From a virus (Duplodnaviria > Caudoviricetes), in IMG/VR virus record IMGVR_UViG_3300042197_001060, positions 7,157 through 71,156 of that record: a stretch of 64,000 nucleotides of DNA; one strand, given 5' to 3'. The first letter of the stretch is position 1. Every line of letters starts with the position of its first letter. The position numbers and the translations under genes are program-made. Of the stretch, positions 49,213-58,448 are shown in pieces. The notes under the pieces were generated by a model, which worked only from the letters and a program-made list of their open reading frames with translations, ran no database searches and was not told where the DNA came from.

Positions 49213-50226
49213 TTAAAATATATCATCCCAATTTTCACCTTCTCCTGCCTTTGAATAATCAGTTGGTCTGATTGCAAAGAAGTCGGTATGTGTAACACCT
49301 CCCGTAAGATGATAAAACCAATCCAATTCAGATGCTTTCTTCTCATCAAATTCAAAGTAGTCATCTCCACCTTTGATTGGAGTATAACCCAATTCTGCTA
49401 ACTTCTCATTAACTCTTTTTGTAATGAATTCCTTTAGGTCATCTTTTTTAAGATTCTCCAAATCACCCATTTCAAAAATCTTATCAATGAATTTGTGTTC
49501 CAAATCTCTAATGATTTCAGCTGCTTGGTAGATATCAGCTTTTGCTTCTTCTAACAATTCAGGATACTCTTCACACATATGTCTGAATAACTGGCACCCC
49601 ATCTTTGAATGTAGGGATTCATCTTTTACACTCCATTTCATTTGTTGTCCAATTCCTTTTAATAGATTTCTCATTTGAAAACTATAAAGAACTGCAAATG
49701 ATGAATAAAGGGCTACACCTTCAGCAAATGCCGAAAAGATTGCCAGTGAACGTGCTACTTCAACTCTGGCTTTATGGTTAGTATCCAAATCCTTTGGAGT
49801 CCAATCAGCCGTTGTATTGGTTAATAATTCAAATCTCTCTTTCATAACTTCGTCATGCATAAAACCTGCGAAGTCATCTAATCCCAATGTTTCATTTAGA
49901 TAAGAATATGCAACTGAATGTATTGTTTCTTGAGAACCAAATGCGATTGCCATCTGACGGATTTCATGCTTTGGAAACCATTTAGTAACCATACCTGTCC
50001 AATAATCAGAAACGGCACATTCGGTTTGAGCAAATCCTAAAAGTATATTACCTACTAAATGTTTTTCTTCTTTTGTTAAATTCTCATTCCAATCTTTCAC
50101 ATCCATCTGCATTGGTATTTCAGTATGCAACCAAAAAGCCTGCATTTGTTTCAACCAACCCTCATTGTAATAATCTGAATATTCAAATGGTTTATATGGG
50201 ATTCTTTCTGTAAATAATTTACTCAT
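49213..50226 (-). CDS. nrdB: ribonucleotide reductase class I beta subunit
   Basis: ETIHSVAY, EGVALYSSF, DESLH, DFF..RPTDY. Confidence 0.95.
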   Translation of the reverse strand: MSKLFTERIPYKPFEYSDYYNEGWLKQMQAFWLHTEIPMQMDVKDWNENLTKEEKHLVGNILLGFAQTECAVSDYWTGMVTKWFPKHEIRQMAIAFGSQETIHSVAYSYLNETLGLDDFAGFMHDEVMKERFELLTNTTADWTPKDLDTNHKARVEVARSLAIFSAFAEGVALYSSFAVLYSFQMRNLLKGIGQQMKWSVKDESLHSKMGCQLFRHMCEEYPELLEEAKADIYQAAEIIRDLEHKFIDKIFEMGDLENLKKDDLKEFITKRVNEKLAELGYTPIKGGDDYFEFDEKKASELDWFYHLTGGVTHTDFFAIRPTDYSKAGEGENWDDIF

Positions 50227-50314
50227 ATTTTTAATTTATTTATGTTTTGAATTGTAGGTATAACTATCTAATGAACTTACAAATTTTCTATTTTCTTTAG
50301 AAAACTTTATACAA

Positions 50315-51673
50315 TTATCCCATATTCTCAACATACTTTTTGTGTAATAATTTTTTCTCTAATCCCTCACCATTTTTACTATCTTTTGTAGAAGCCATTC
50401 CATCAATTGAGGTTGCAGCGTATACATCTATAACTCCATGAAAGGTATCAATCTTTGCAGGAAATGTCATTCCATCAGGTCCAAATCGATTCTTAACGAT
50501 GTGAATACGACCTGTGTTTGATAACTTATCTTTTGTTTTTCTACTAACACTCATAATGAAGTCAGCAGTTTGAACTTTCTTATATGAGTCACCAACCGAA
50601 TCAGCCTGAATAACTTCGTGGTCAATTGCTGCTCTATTGGTTTGGGTTGCAGTCCATACTGGTATTTGTGCTTCACCACTCAATCCTCTCAACTCTTCAT
50701 AGATTCCACCCAATTCAGCATATAATCCATCTCTTGTACCATTACCCGATTTCAATAAGTCCGCGTAATCGATGATAATCAATTTAGGATTAAACCCAAC
50801 CTGTCTTACTTTTTCAATATGAGCAGCAATTGTTTTTGCTGATGCAAATTGAGGTGGGTAGTATTTGATACGAACTCTACCTGGAATCTGTTTGATTTTA
50901 CGAATAATCTCATTCTTTCTTTCCTTATGCTCCGATGTTTGGATTCCTGTAAGAATTGTTGTGTATCTCTGCCCTACATAACTTTCGGATAATTCCAAAG
51001 TATAATGTAACACATCAATTCCTCTTTCCAATGCGGAACACGCTATTTTAGATAAGAACCAACTTTTACCAATACCCGATGGTGCCATAACTACTCCTAA
51101 TTCTCCAGGTCCTAGTCCACCATCCATTAGTTCATCAATAACATCCCATCCAGTTGGACTAGAATCTCGCTTAACATCCTCCATAATGGATTCAAAGTTC
51201 TCAATGTAGTCCAATCCTAAATCAGATTCTACACCAACTTTGGATGCCGCCATCATCGTATCTATAATCTTATCGTAGTTTCCTGCTTTGAGCAAATCTA
51301 CCGATTTTAGAAGGGCATCTTTAACTTTTTGATTTTTAGCAAATGTAAGGTATTCTTTCTTTACATAAGGTAAATCTTCTGAACCAACCTGTAGATATAC
51401 ATTTTTAAGTTGGTCAACTACCGTTTGTTTTAAACCTTTATCATCTATAGTTCCTACTTTAATTTTGAACACTTCCATTGTAGGAACTGCTCTGTACTCA
51501 TTAAAGTAATCTAATAGAGAATTTATAATCCATTGATTTGCTTGCGATTCAAAGAATGTAGGTTTAGTAATTTCGTTTACCTGTTCAAGAAACTTGACAT
51601 CTGTTATAAGAGAAGCAACAACTTTAGATTGATACGATTGTCCATACTTTATCAATGTATCTACTGCTTCCAT
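50315..51673 (-). CDS. replicative helicase (DnaB/T4 gp41-like)
   Basis: APSGIGKS, TLELS, IIDYAD, TATQTNR, KNRFG. Confidence 0.93.
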   Translation of the reverse strand: MEAVDTLIKYGQSYQSKVVASLITDVKFLEQVNEITKPTFFESQANQWIINSLLDYFNEYRAVPTMEVFKIKVGTIDDKGLKQTVVDQLKNVYLQVGSEDLPYVKKEYLTFAKNQKVKDALLKSVDLLKAGNYDKIIDTMMAASKVGVESDLGLDYIENFESIMEDVKRDSSPTGWDVIDELMDGGLGPGELGVVMAPSGIGKSWFLSKIACSALERGIDVLHYTLELSESYVGQRYTTILTGIQTSEHKERKNEIIRKIKQIPGRVRIKYYPPQFASAKTIAAHIEKVRQVGFNPKLIIIDYADLLKSGNGTRDGLYAELGGIYEELRGLSGEAQIPVWTATQTNRAAIDHEVIQADSVGDSYKKVQTADFIMSVSRKTKDKLSNTGRIHIVKNRFGPDGMTFPAKIDTFHGVIDVYAATSIDGMASTKDSKNGEGLEKKLLHKKYVENMG

Positions 51674-51879
51674 TATTTTTTACGTTTCTTTCTTGCTAAT
51701 TTTTTCTCTTCAATCGATAATTCGGCTACTTCCGCAACTACTTCGGTTTTGATTGGCTTTCTTAACGCTTTCCATTCTGATTTGGGTACGAACACCCAAC
51801 CATATTGAAATACTTTTAAATCTGCTTCTTCTTCTTTTACTCTGCGGATTTCTCCTTCTTTACTTTTGATACACTTCAT
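51673..51879 (-). CDS. hypothetical protein
   Basis: 68 aa containing GWVFVPKSEWK. Confidence 0.6.
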   Translation of the reverse strand: MKCIKSKEGEIRRVKEEEADLKVFQYGWVFVPKSEWKALRKPIKTEVVAEVAELSIEEKKLARKKRKK

Positions 51880-51901
51880 CTGTTCCGTGTTTTAATTTAA
51901 A

Positions 51902-52216
51902 TTATTTAACTACCATTAAAATTTCTGATTCTCTTAATAGGATATATTTGTTCCCACCAATTTTAATTTCTTGTCCTTGATGGTATGGTGGTAAAATCAC
52001 TTCATCACCTACTTGAACATTCATTGGAATCAATGTTCCACTTTGCGTATAAATACCAGGTCCTATTGATTCTACCTTTGCTCTTTTTACATCTTCACTT
52101 CTTACTGAATCGGGTATAATAATACCACCTGCAGTTTGTGAAACTTCTGGTTCTAATTCTGTTAGTAGAACTCTATCTCCTAACGGCTTTACTAATTTTT
52201 CTTTTACTTCTGTCAT
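51902..52216 (-). CDS. groES: co-chaperonin GroES
   Basis: KPLGDRVL, TAGGIIIPD, GPG, VGDEV, RESEIL. Confidence 0.95.
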   Translation of the reverse strand: MTEVKEKLVKPLGDRVLLTELEPEVSQTAGGIIIPDSVRSEDVKRAKVESIGPGIYTQSGTLIPMNVQVGDEVILPPYHQGQEIKIGGNKYILLRESEILMVVK

Positions 52217-52220
52217 TTTT

Positions 52221-53279
52221 TTAAAATTTTGCTATGTGAGAAAATGTGGATTGTAACCAGTCCGTGACATTTGGAAACGAATCCAATATACGGGCTTTCA
52301 ATCCTACTTTTAGGAATTCTTGCTTACTGAACTTTGGTGGTGATTCTTCAAATCTATCTATAATTTTCATTCGAAGATTACCACTAAATGTTGGGTCGGA
52401 TAGTTGAAACAACTTACGATTTCTTTTTAATAATTCCAAGTTATTTTCAAACAATTCATGTCCTTTTATCTTTTTTGGTTGCGATTTAATGTATTCCAAC
52501 ATAGAATCAGTAGTATGAACTTCCTCATCTGCTAATATTGGAAATGCTTTAAGAATAGTTTTCAATCCTAATCCCGAAATACCTTCTACATTATCCGATT
52601 TATCGCCATCAATTATTCTGAAATTGATAAAATTATGTGGGTGAATACCAAATTCCTCAATTACTTCTGGAATGTTATAGATTTTCTTTTTAGATGGTGA
52701 ATATACACTCACATCTTTGTTGACTAATTGAATGAAATCCTTATCGGAACTCATTATTACAACCTTATCATTTTCTTTCTTTAATTGAGTAGCAATGTAT
52801 GCCATAACATCATCCGCTTCAATCCCATCGTAAATCATAATTGTAACTGGTAGAACTGAAAGTAATTCACCTAATGCCGTCATCTGACGTTTCATAGATG
52901 CACCTTCTTCTTCAGTTGTCATTTCCATAGATGCAGCACGATTCAATCTCATTTTGATTTTATTCTTGCCTCTCTCTGATTTGTATCCGGAATATATTTC
53001 CTTTCTACTATTAGAACCACCTTTACCGTCAAATACGATTACAACTCGTGTGGGGTTGATTGTTCGGATGGCATAGCCGATACTTTTTAAAGTACCGACT
53101 ATTCCTCCAATATGGTCACCATTTTCGTTAAGATTAGGTGCCGTTGACCAGGAACGAATAAAGGTATTAAGACCATCAATAACTAATGTTTTGGAGTTAC
53201 GATGTAAATCTCCAAAATCATTATGTTCCCTATCTATTTGTTTTAGTATATCTAAATACTTTTTGTTAATCTGACTCAT
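52221..53279 (-). CDS. 5'-3' exonuclease/flap endonuclease (T4 RNase H-like)
   Basis: IDGLN, VFDG, YKSER, EADD, SSDKDF, GDKSDN..GI.GLG.KT. Confidence 0.92.
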   Translation of the reverse strand: MSQINKKYLDILKQIDREHNDFGDLHRNSKTLVIDGLNTFIRSWSTAPNLNENGDHIGGIVGTLKSIGYAIRTINPTRVVIVFDGKGGSNSRKEIYSGYKSERGKNKIKMRLNRAASMEMTTEEEGASMKRQMTALGELLSVLPVTIMIYDGIEADDVMAYIATQLKKENDKVVIMSSDKDFIQLVNKDVSVYSPSKKKIYNIPEVIEEFGIHPHNFINFRIIDGDKSDNVEGISGLGLKTILKAFPILADEEVHTTDSMLEYIKSQPKKIKGHELFENNLELLKRNRKLFQLSDPTFSGNLRMKIIDRFEESPPKFSKQEFLKVGLKARILDSFPNVTDWLQSTFSHIAKF

Positions 53280-54372
53280 TGGCTTCGTCCGTTGTAAGTT
53301 CAACTTCATCCGAATTGGAATTGTTTTTGTATAATAAAATTGTTGCTTCGCAAATTCTACGATAGATTTGGTCTTTTAGTTCTTCATCCTCTAATAATTT
53401 TGCAAAATCTTTAGCTTGAAATTTGATTTCTTCACCACTTTCAATATCAACGTATGCGTACCAAGCTCCACCTTGCTTTACTAATTTGGCATCTTTCATA
53501 ACTGCTAACCAACCTCCATAGTTATCAATACCTCTATCAAAGAAAATATCGAAATCTGCGTGTCTTAATGGTGGTCCCATTCTGTTTTTGATAACCTGGC
53601 AACGAACCTTAATACCTACGATTCTATCACCTGCTTTTAATTGTCCCATATTCTTCAAACGAACTCTAACAGATGCGTGGAATGCCAATGCTTTTCCACC
53701 CGATGTTGTCCACGGGTCTCCGAACATTGCGTTCATTTTCTGTCTTAATTGGTTTGTGAATACTAATGCAATAGATTGTCTACCAATAAGATTGGTGATT
53801 TTACGCATTGCTTTGGAAATGATAATTGCCTTATCAGTTGCGTAACCATCCTTACCATAATCAGCTTCTAACTCTTTATGTGTCGATGCTGCTGCTACTG
53901 AATCCACAACGATAGTTACTAATCTATCTTTATCACCTTTACGAACTTGCTCAATAATTGTTTCACATGCTTCAAAAATACCTTCAACGGTATCAACTGA
54001 AACATATAGGAGTTTTGAAACATCTACTCCAATTGCTTCTAAAAATTCTCTACTAACTGCGGTTTCCGTATCAATCAATACTGCTACTCCACCTTTTTTT
54101 TGGGTTTCGGCAAGAAGATGGGCAGAGAGCAGAGATTTTCCACTCTGCTCTAAACCCGTAATCTCCGTAATACGTCCAACTGGCAATCCACCATAAGGTC
54201 GGTTTGAGATTGCCACATCTAACATAGCGTTTCCGGTAGATACCCAATCCTTTACATTGGTAGGGGCATCTCCACCCTCATCAGTTAGAAAGTAAGCAAT
54301 CTTACCATCCTTATTTTGTTTGTTTAGAGAATCGGCAAGTAAACTTGCTAAATCTTCTTCTCTTTTTGCCAT
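53266..54372 (-). CDS. recA: RecA/UvsX recombinase
   Basis: GGLPVGRITEI.GLEQSGKS, IDTE, VDSVAA, NQLR, TSGGKAL.FHAS, KNR. Confidence 0.93.
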   Translation of the reverse strand: MAKREEDLASLLADSLNKQNKDGKIAYFLTDEGGDAPTNVKDWVSTGNAMLDVAISNRPYGGLPVGRITEITGLEQSGKSLLSAHLLAETQKKGGVAVLIDTETAVSREFLEAIGVDVSKLLYVSVDTVEGIFEACETIIEQVRKGDKDRLVTIVVDSVAAASTHKELEADYGKDGYATDKAIIISKAMRKITNLIGRQSIALVFTNQLRQKMNAMFGDPWTTSGGKALAFHASVRVRLKNMGQLKAGDRIVGIKVRCQVIKNRMGPPLRHADFDIFFDRGIDNYGGWLAVMKDAKLVKQGGAWYAYVDIESGEEIKFQAKDFAKLLEDEELKDQIYRRICEATILLYKNNSNSDEVELTTDEANESD

Positions 54373-54383
54373 TATAATTTTTT

Positions 54384-55241
54384 TTAATTGTTAAATAAAT
54401 CATCGAATGCCGATGCTACATCTTCTTTAAGAGGAGATGCTTTTTGTGCAGTCTTTGGAGTTTCATCTTCCCACGGAAGTCCCCCAGCATCTTGCGAACC
54501 ACCCATATCGGTAGATACGGTTGATTGTTTAGGTTGAGGTTTTGCCGCTGCTAATTCCTCATTGATTGGGTTTCCACTACCATTAGCTGCTGCTGATGGG
54601 TTTAACCAATTTTCCAATACACCCTTCAATTCATCATAAGATAATTCAGAATACAATTCCGTAATTTCTTTCTGTGCGTTCAACAATTCAGTTACTGCAT
54701 CTGCATCTGGTAAGATTTTAGATGTTGCAGGTTTAACTCTGATTGTAGTTGTTGGGTATGCTGCATTTGATTCTTCTGCGGATACTACTTCCAATACAAT
54801 ATCACGACCTGTATGTGGGTCGGTAATATCACCATAATCAGGGTCTGCAATGTATCCTAAAATATCCTGATATACGGTCTTACCAAATCCCCAAAACTTA
54901 ACACCTTCGCTTTCCTTACCTCTTACGATAACAGGTGCGAATGTTCTTAATTTTGGTTCCATCTTCTTACCTGCTTTCCAATCATCTGTATCACCTGTAC
55001 GTTTAAGTTTTTCTGCAAACTCTACGATTGGGTCAGGTCTACCAAATGAGATAGGACTCAAATAAGTTTTGTTGTTGATGTTGTAGTGAAAATACAATTC
55101 GATAAAAGGATTATCCTTATTGAATTTGTAAGGTACTAAACGGATTTGAGATTTTCCGTTTGCCGGCTTCCAAATTGAATCCGACTTCTTTGTGTTGTTT
55201 TGAAGAGAGCTAAATCTCTTGAGTGCTAATGAAATGTCCAT
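54384..55241 (-). CDS. single-stranded DNA-binding protein (T4 gp32-like)
   Basis: WKP...IRLVP, FHY, DPI.E, FWGFGK, DITDP..GRD; acidic C-terminal FDDLF. Confidence 0.85.
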   Translation of the reverse strand: MDISLALKRFSSLQNNTKKSDSIWKPANGKSQIRLVPYKFNKDNPFIELYFHYNINNKTYLSPISFGRPDPIVEFAEKLKRTGDTDDWKAGKKMEPKLRTFAPVIVRGKESEGVKFWGFGKTVYQDILGYIADPDYGDITDPHTGRDIVLEVVSAEESNAAYPTTTIRVKPATSKILPDADAVTELLNAQKEITELYSELSYDELKGVLENWLNPSAAANGSGNPINEELAAAKPQPKQSTVSTDMGGSQDAGGLPWEDETPKTAQKASPLKEDVASAFDDLFNN

Positions 55242-55340
55242 TGCTTTTTTAAGTTTTAAGTGTTAATAAATTGTTTTAAGTTTGAAGGTTTTATCGCGAT
55301 TCCCTTATATCTAAATATAACCTTTTTACTTTTGTTGTAA

Positions 55341-55371
55341 CAAATATACAATATTTTTGTTACATTTCCAA
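55341..55371 (-). promoter_or_regulatory. Bacteroidota-type promoter
   Basis: Minus strand TTG-N20-TATATTTG, a perfect TAnnTTTG -7 element. Confidence 0.7.
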
Positions 55372-55374
55372 GTA

Positions 55375-55731
55375 TTATTTTGCCCATTTTCCTCTACTCA
55401 CTAATTGAGAAATTACGGAGTAAACTGCTAGGTCTTGGTAGGTATCTTCGATAGTTTCACCCACTTCATCGGGATGTCCTAATACTACCAATTGCTTTAA
55501 TCTGTTGATTTTATCATTCTTTCTGAACCATAGACCACTCAATGATAATTTAATATCTTCTTTAGTTTTAAGTTGTGTACCTACTGAAATATTTCCAGGT
55601 CCATAGTTTCTTTGCTTTTTACAAAAAGTAGCATACATTTCATCCAAAATGTTTTTGAATTCAAAAGTCATTTCTGGATAATTTTCTTCACAATACTCAA
55701 TTGCGGATTGTTCTTTTTTGGTGTTTAACAT
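55375..55731 (-). CDS. DUF1599 / nucleotide-modification-associated domain protein
   Basis: KKQRNYG, R.NDKINRL, ETIEDTYQDLAVY. Confidence 0.75.
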   Translation of the reverse strand: MLNTKKEQSAIEYCEENYPEMTFEFKNILDEMYATFCKKQRNYGPGNISVGTQLKTKEDIKLSLSGLWFRKNDKINRLKQLVVLGHPDEVGETIEDTYQDLAVYSVISQLVSRGKWAK

Positions 55732-56051
55732 AACTTATTTTTTAGTAACTTTTTATTTATTTTATTTTTTAATTTAACTCCTAACGCACACATTTCATAC
55801 TCCTCATATTCTACGAGGGTTTCTATGTTTTCATCCAATAAATTTAAAAATTCTTTACTCTCAATTGCAAGCATAATAACAATCGAATGTTTGATTATTA
55901 TATGCGCAAAATCAACGCGTGATTTATCGTTTCGAATTCCGAAAGAAATCGAGTCAATAATTGCTTTAGATATTTCCATTCTATGAGTTTGGAAAACATC
56001 TACGGGGTCTTCAACGTAAATTTGAATAGGTTTAAATCTATTTTTTTTCAT
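55725..56051 (-). CDS. hypothetical protein
   Basis: 108 aa containing EYEEYEMC. Confidence 0.6.
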   Translation of the reverse strand: MKKNRFKPIQIYVEDPVDVFQTHRMEISKAIIDSISFGIRNDKSRVDFAHIIIKHSIVIMLAIESKEFLNLLDENIETLVEYEEYEMCALGVKLKNKINKKLLKNKLC

Positions 56052-56055
56052 ACTA

Positions 56056-56086
56056 TGAATATATGAAAAAAAAATCAGAATTACAA
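56056..56086 (-). promoter_or_regulatory. Bacteroidota-type promoter
   Basis: Minus strand TTG-N20-TATATTCA. Confidence 0.55.
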
Positions 56087-56482
56087 CTCCTCTGTGTTAA
56101 AACTTTTAAAAACTTTTGTAGGGATTTTTTTGTATCCAATCGAAGATGTTGTAATGATACAATTTTTAAATTCATCCCAATCAATCATATAAGAATTATC
56201 CAGTATTCCACCTGTCTTTGATTTAACTACTTCGTTAAGTGCATTGATGGTGTATATTGTATTTGATTGCTTTTTTCTATGAACTAAAATCGTTTTCCAT
56301 TCGGAATCTATTGCAGAAGAACCTTTCTCTACATTAAAAGTAATGTATAGTTCTCCCTCATTTATTTTATTTTCTAGTACAAATACGTTTGGATTTGTAA
56401 GTATATACTGATTTAGAACGAATTCTACCGATTTATCTAACTCTCCCTTTGTGGTAAAAAGGCATAATAACTGTGTATTCAT
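56081..56482 (-). CDS. hypothetical protein
   Basis: TQLLCLFT...HRKKQSNTIYTINALN. Confidence 0.65.
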   Translation of the reverse strand: MNTQLLCLFTTKGELDKSVEFVLNQYILTNPNVFVLENKINEGELYITFNVEKGSSAIDSEWKTILVHRKKQSNTIYTINALNEVVKSKTGGILDNSYMIDWDEFKNCIITTSSIGYKKIPTKVFKSFNTEEL

Positions 56483-56541
56483 TTATTTTTGGTTTATTAA
56501 CTTTACCGATAAATATAAAATTACAAACCAAAAGTGATTTA

Positions 56542-58410
56542 TTAAGGATAAACCTGTCTATTAGCCTTTATAACTTCTTTAGCAAACTCGTCATTTACCA
56601 CCATTTCAAACTTAAATTGCCCTCCATAATTTCTACCATCTTCTCTAATATCTATGTTTGCAATAGGTATAACTCTACCTCCAACTTTAACTTTAAATGC
56701 AATAAATGGTGGTGGTCCAGGTTCTGAAATTAATCCTTGTTTAAATTCTTCAAAATCACTTGTACCAAATATAACTTCCATTGTACTCTTATCCAACATA
56801 TACTCCCCCAATGCAATACTTTCTTCACCATCTGCAACAGATTTTAGTGGAAATTCCGTTTTAACCTCATTTAACATACCATCTCTCAATCTCTCATTGG
56901 TTGTAATTGCCTTTACCGCCTCTGCAACATAATTAGCATGGTCCGCATCCATTTCATTGATAAAATCAGTAGCTACTTTAGATGATTCTCCTTCTCCTTT
57001 TCTTTGTAAAGCCTTTATCCCTTCAAATAAAACTTTATTCTTGTCTCTACTACCTTTTCCTTTAAGAGTATCAGCTAGTGCAGTATCGAAATCAATACCT
57101 TTTTCTTCAATTGTTTTTTTAAATTCTTCATCTTCTTCGGCAAGTTGTCTAATAGCATCTGCGGTTTCTTCGCAGAATTTTGCCAGTTTCGCCCTTTCAT
57201 TTTTTGCAAACATTTGAGGGTTGATATTATCAGGAACATCATCTTTTCCCAGCCATTCAAAAAACTTACCTGTTCCAGAATTAAGTAAGTTAACTTTTAG
57301 ATTTTGTTTTAGAGATATTTCTTCCAAAAGTGGTTCTCCGTTTTCATTCTCTAGTCGTATATAAATATCAGTTGAAAATCCCTTATTACCATAACTACTT
57401 AATCCAAGTGATTCAACTTCAGATTTAGTATCCCAAGATGCTGCAGTGATTTTGTGACCTGGATATTGTTTTTCTACTTTTTTAAGTATTGCTTTTCTGT
57501 TGTTTGTAGCAGCCTTTAACCAAGTTTGATTTACAATTCGGGTACCATCTTTTTTCAATTTTGGATTCTGTGATGTTAATGCTTTCATATGTTCCGATAC
57601 TGCTGATTGCATTTCATTCCACTCATCATCACTCATCGTACACGCCATCATCGTCATCAACTCACCAGCTTGAGCTGGCAATTTACCAGCTCCACCTGGA
57701 AAATTTGAAAAGTGAGAAATCTTTTTTGCTGCTCCAACGTGTTGTGTATTCATCATTCTCTCAAACAATTTCAAATATTTTTTAGGAAATTTTGGATTGT
57801 TAGCAATACTTTCTGGTATTTTAAATGGTGGTGGTGGAATCGGATTTGCAAACTTTTTATTTTTTTCAGCAAATTCTTCATCATTTGGGTCTAAATCTTT
57901 TTCAAATTCTTCAGTTTCCAATGGATTTTCCGAACTTAAAGTTTTATCCTTTCCGTTTACAATTCGTTTTTTAGGTTCTGTTTCGGTTGGTTCTGATTCC
58001 GGTCCGAATACACTTGCACCTCCACCAGTACCGAATACGTTTGTACCTTTAACTGGCTCTTCTTCATCGGAAGATGGGAGTTTGCCACCACCTTTTTCTT
58101 TTGCCTGTTCTATTTCGGCAGGTGTTGGTTTATCGTGTTTATCTGGGTCCATCTTCTGAACTGTGTAGATGTTACCAGATTTTTTACTCTTTACAATATC
58201 TTCTTCTTTAAGAACACGTTTTGGTTTTGGAGTATTTTCTACTATGTATTGGAATACAACAGATGCTCTATCCACCAATTGTTGTGCAGATGGAATATCT
58301 CTTTCTCTTAAAAGTTTTACCAATAATTGTTTATGTGATTCTTTTGTTAAATCAGGAATCCCTACGTGAAATTTTAATTCGTCTAGTATTTCATCAAAAT
58401 CTGGATACAT
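56542..58410 (-). CDS. putative head-packaged protein with PD-(D/E)XK-like nuclease domain
   Basis: LKEE plus a module shared with 9935..11656; AGE...STDIY...EEISLK. Confidence 0.55.
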   Translation of the reverse strand: MYPDFDEILDELKFHVGIPDLTKESHKQLLVKLLRERDIPSAQQLVDRASVVFQYIVENTPKPKRVLKEEDIVKSKKSGNIYTVQKMDPDKHDKPTPAEIEQAKEKGGGKLPSSDEEEPVKGTNVFGTGGGASVFGPESEPTETEPKKRIVNGKDKTLSSENPLETEEFEKDLDPNDEEFAEKNKKFANPIPPPPFKIPESIANNPKFPKKYLKLFERMMNTQHVGAAKKISHFSNFPGGAGKLPAQAGELMTMMACTMSDDEWNEMQSAVSEHMKALTSQNPKLKKDGTRIVNQTWLKAATNNRKAILKKVEKQYPGHKITAASWDTKSEVESLGLSSYGNKGFSTDIYIRLENENGEPLLEEISLKQNLKVNLLNSGTGKFFEWLGKDDVPDNINPQMFAKNERAKLAKFCEETADAIRQLAEEDEEFKKTIEEKGIDFDTALADTLKGKGSRDKNKVLFEGIKALQRKGEGESSKVATDFINEMDADHANYVAEAVKAITTNERLRDGMLNEVKTEFPLKSVADGEESIALGEYMLDKSTMEVIFGTSDFEEFKQGLISEPGPPPFIAFKVKVGGRVIPIANIDIREDGRNYGGQFKFEMVVNDEFAKEVIKANRQVYP

Positions 58411-58434
58411 ATTGTTTTTCGTTTCTGTATATGT

Positions 58435-58443
58435 TATAAATAT
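58435..58443 (-). promoter_or_regulatory. ATATTTATA motif, candidate late promoter
   Basis: Exact copy, 25 nt upstream of the ATG at 58410. Confidence 0.5.
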
Positions 58444-58448
58444 ATAAA

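Noticed and set aside
38626-51673. Inteins or introns in PolB, NrdA, NrdB or the helicase
   Set aside because: The ORFs are continuous and of normal length, with no splicing motifs noticed.
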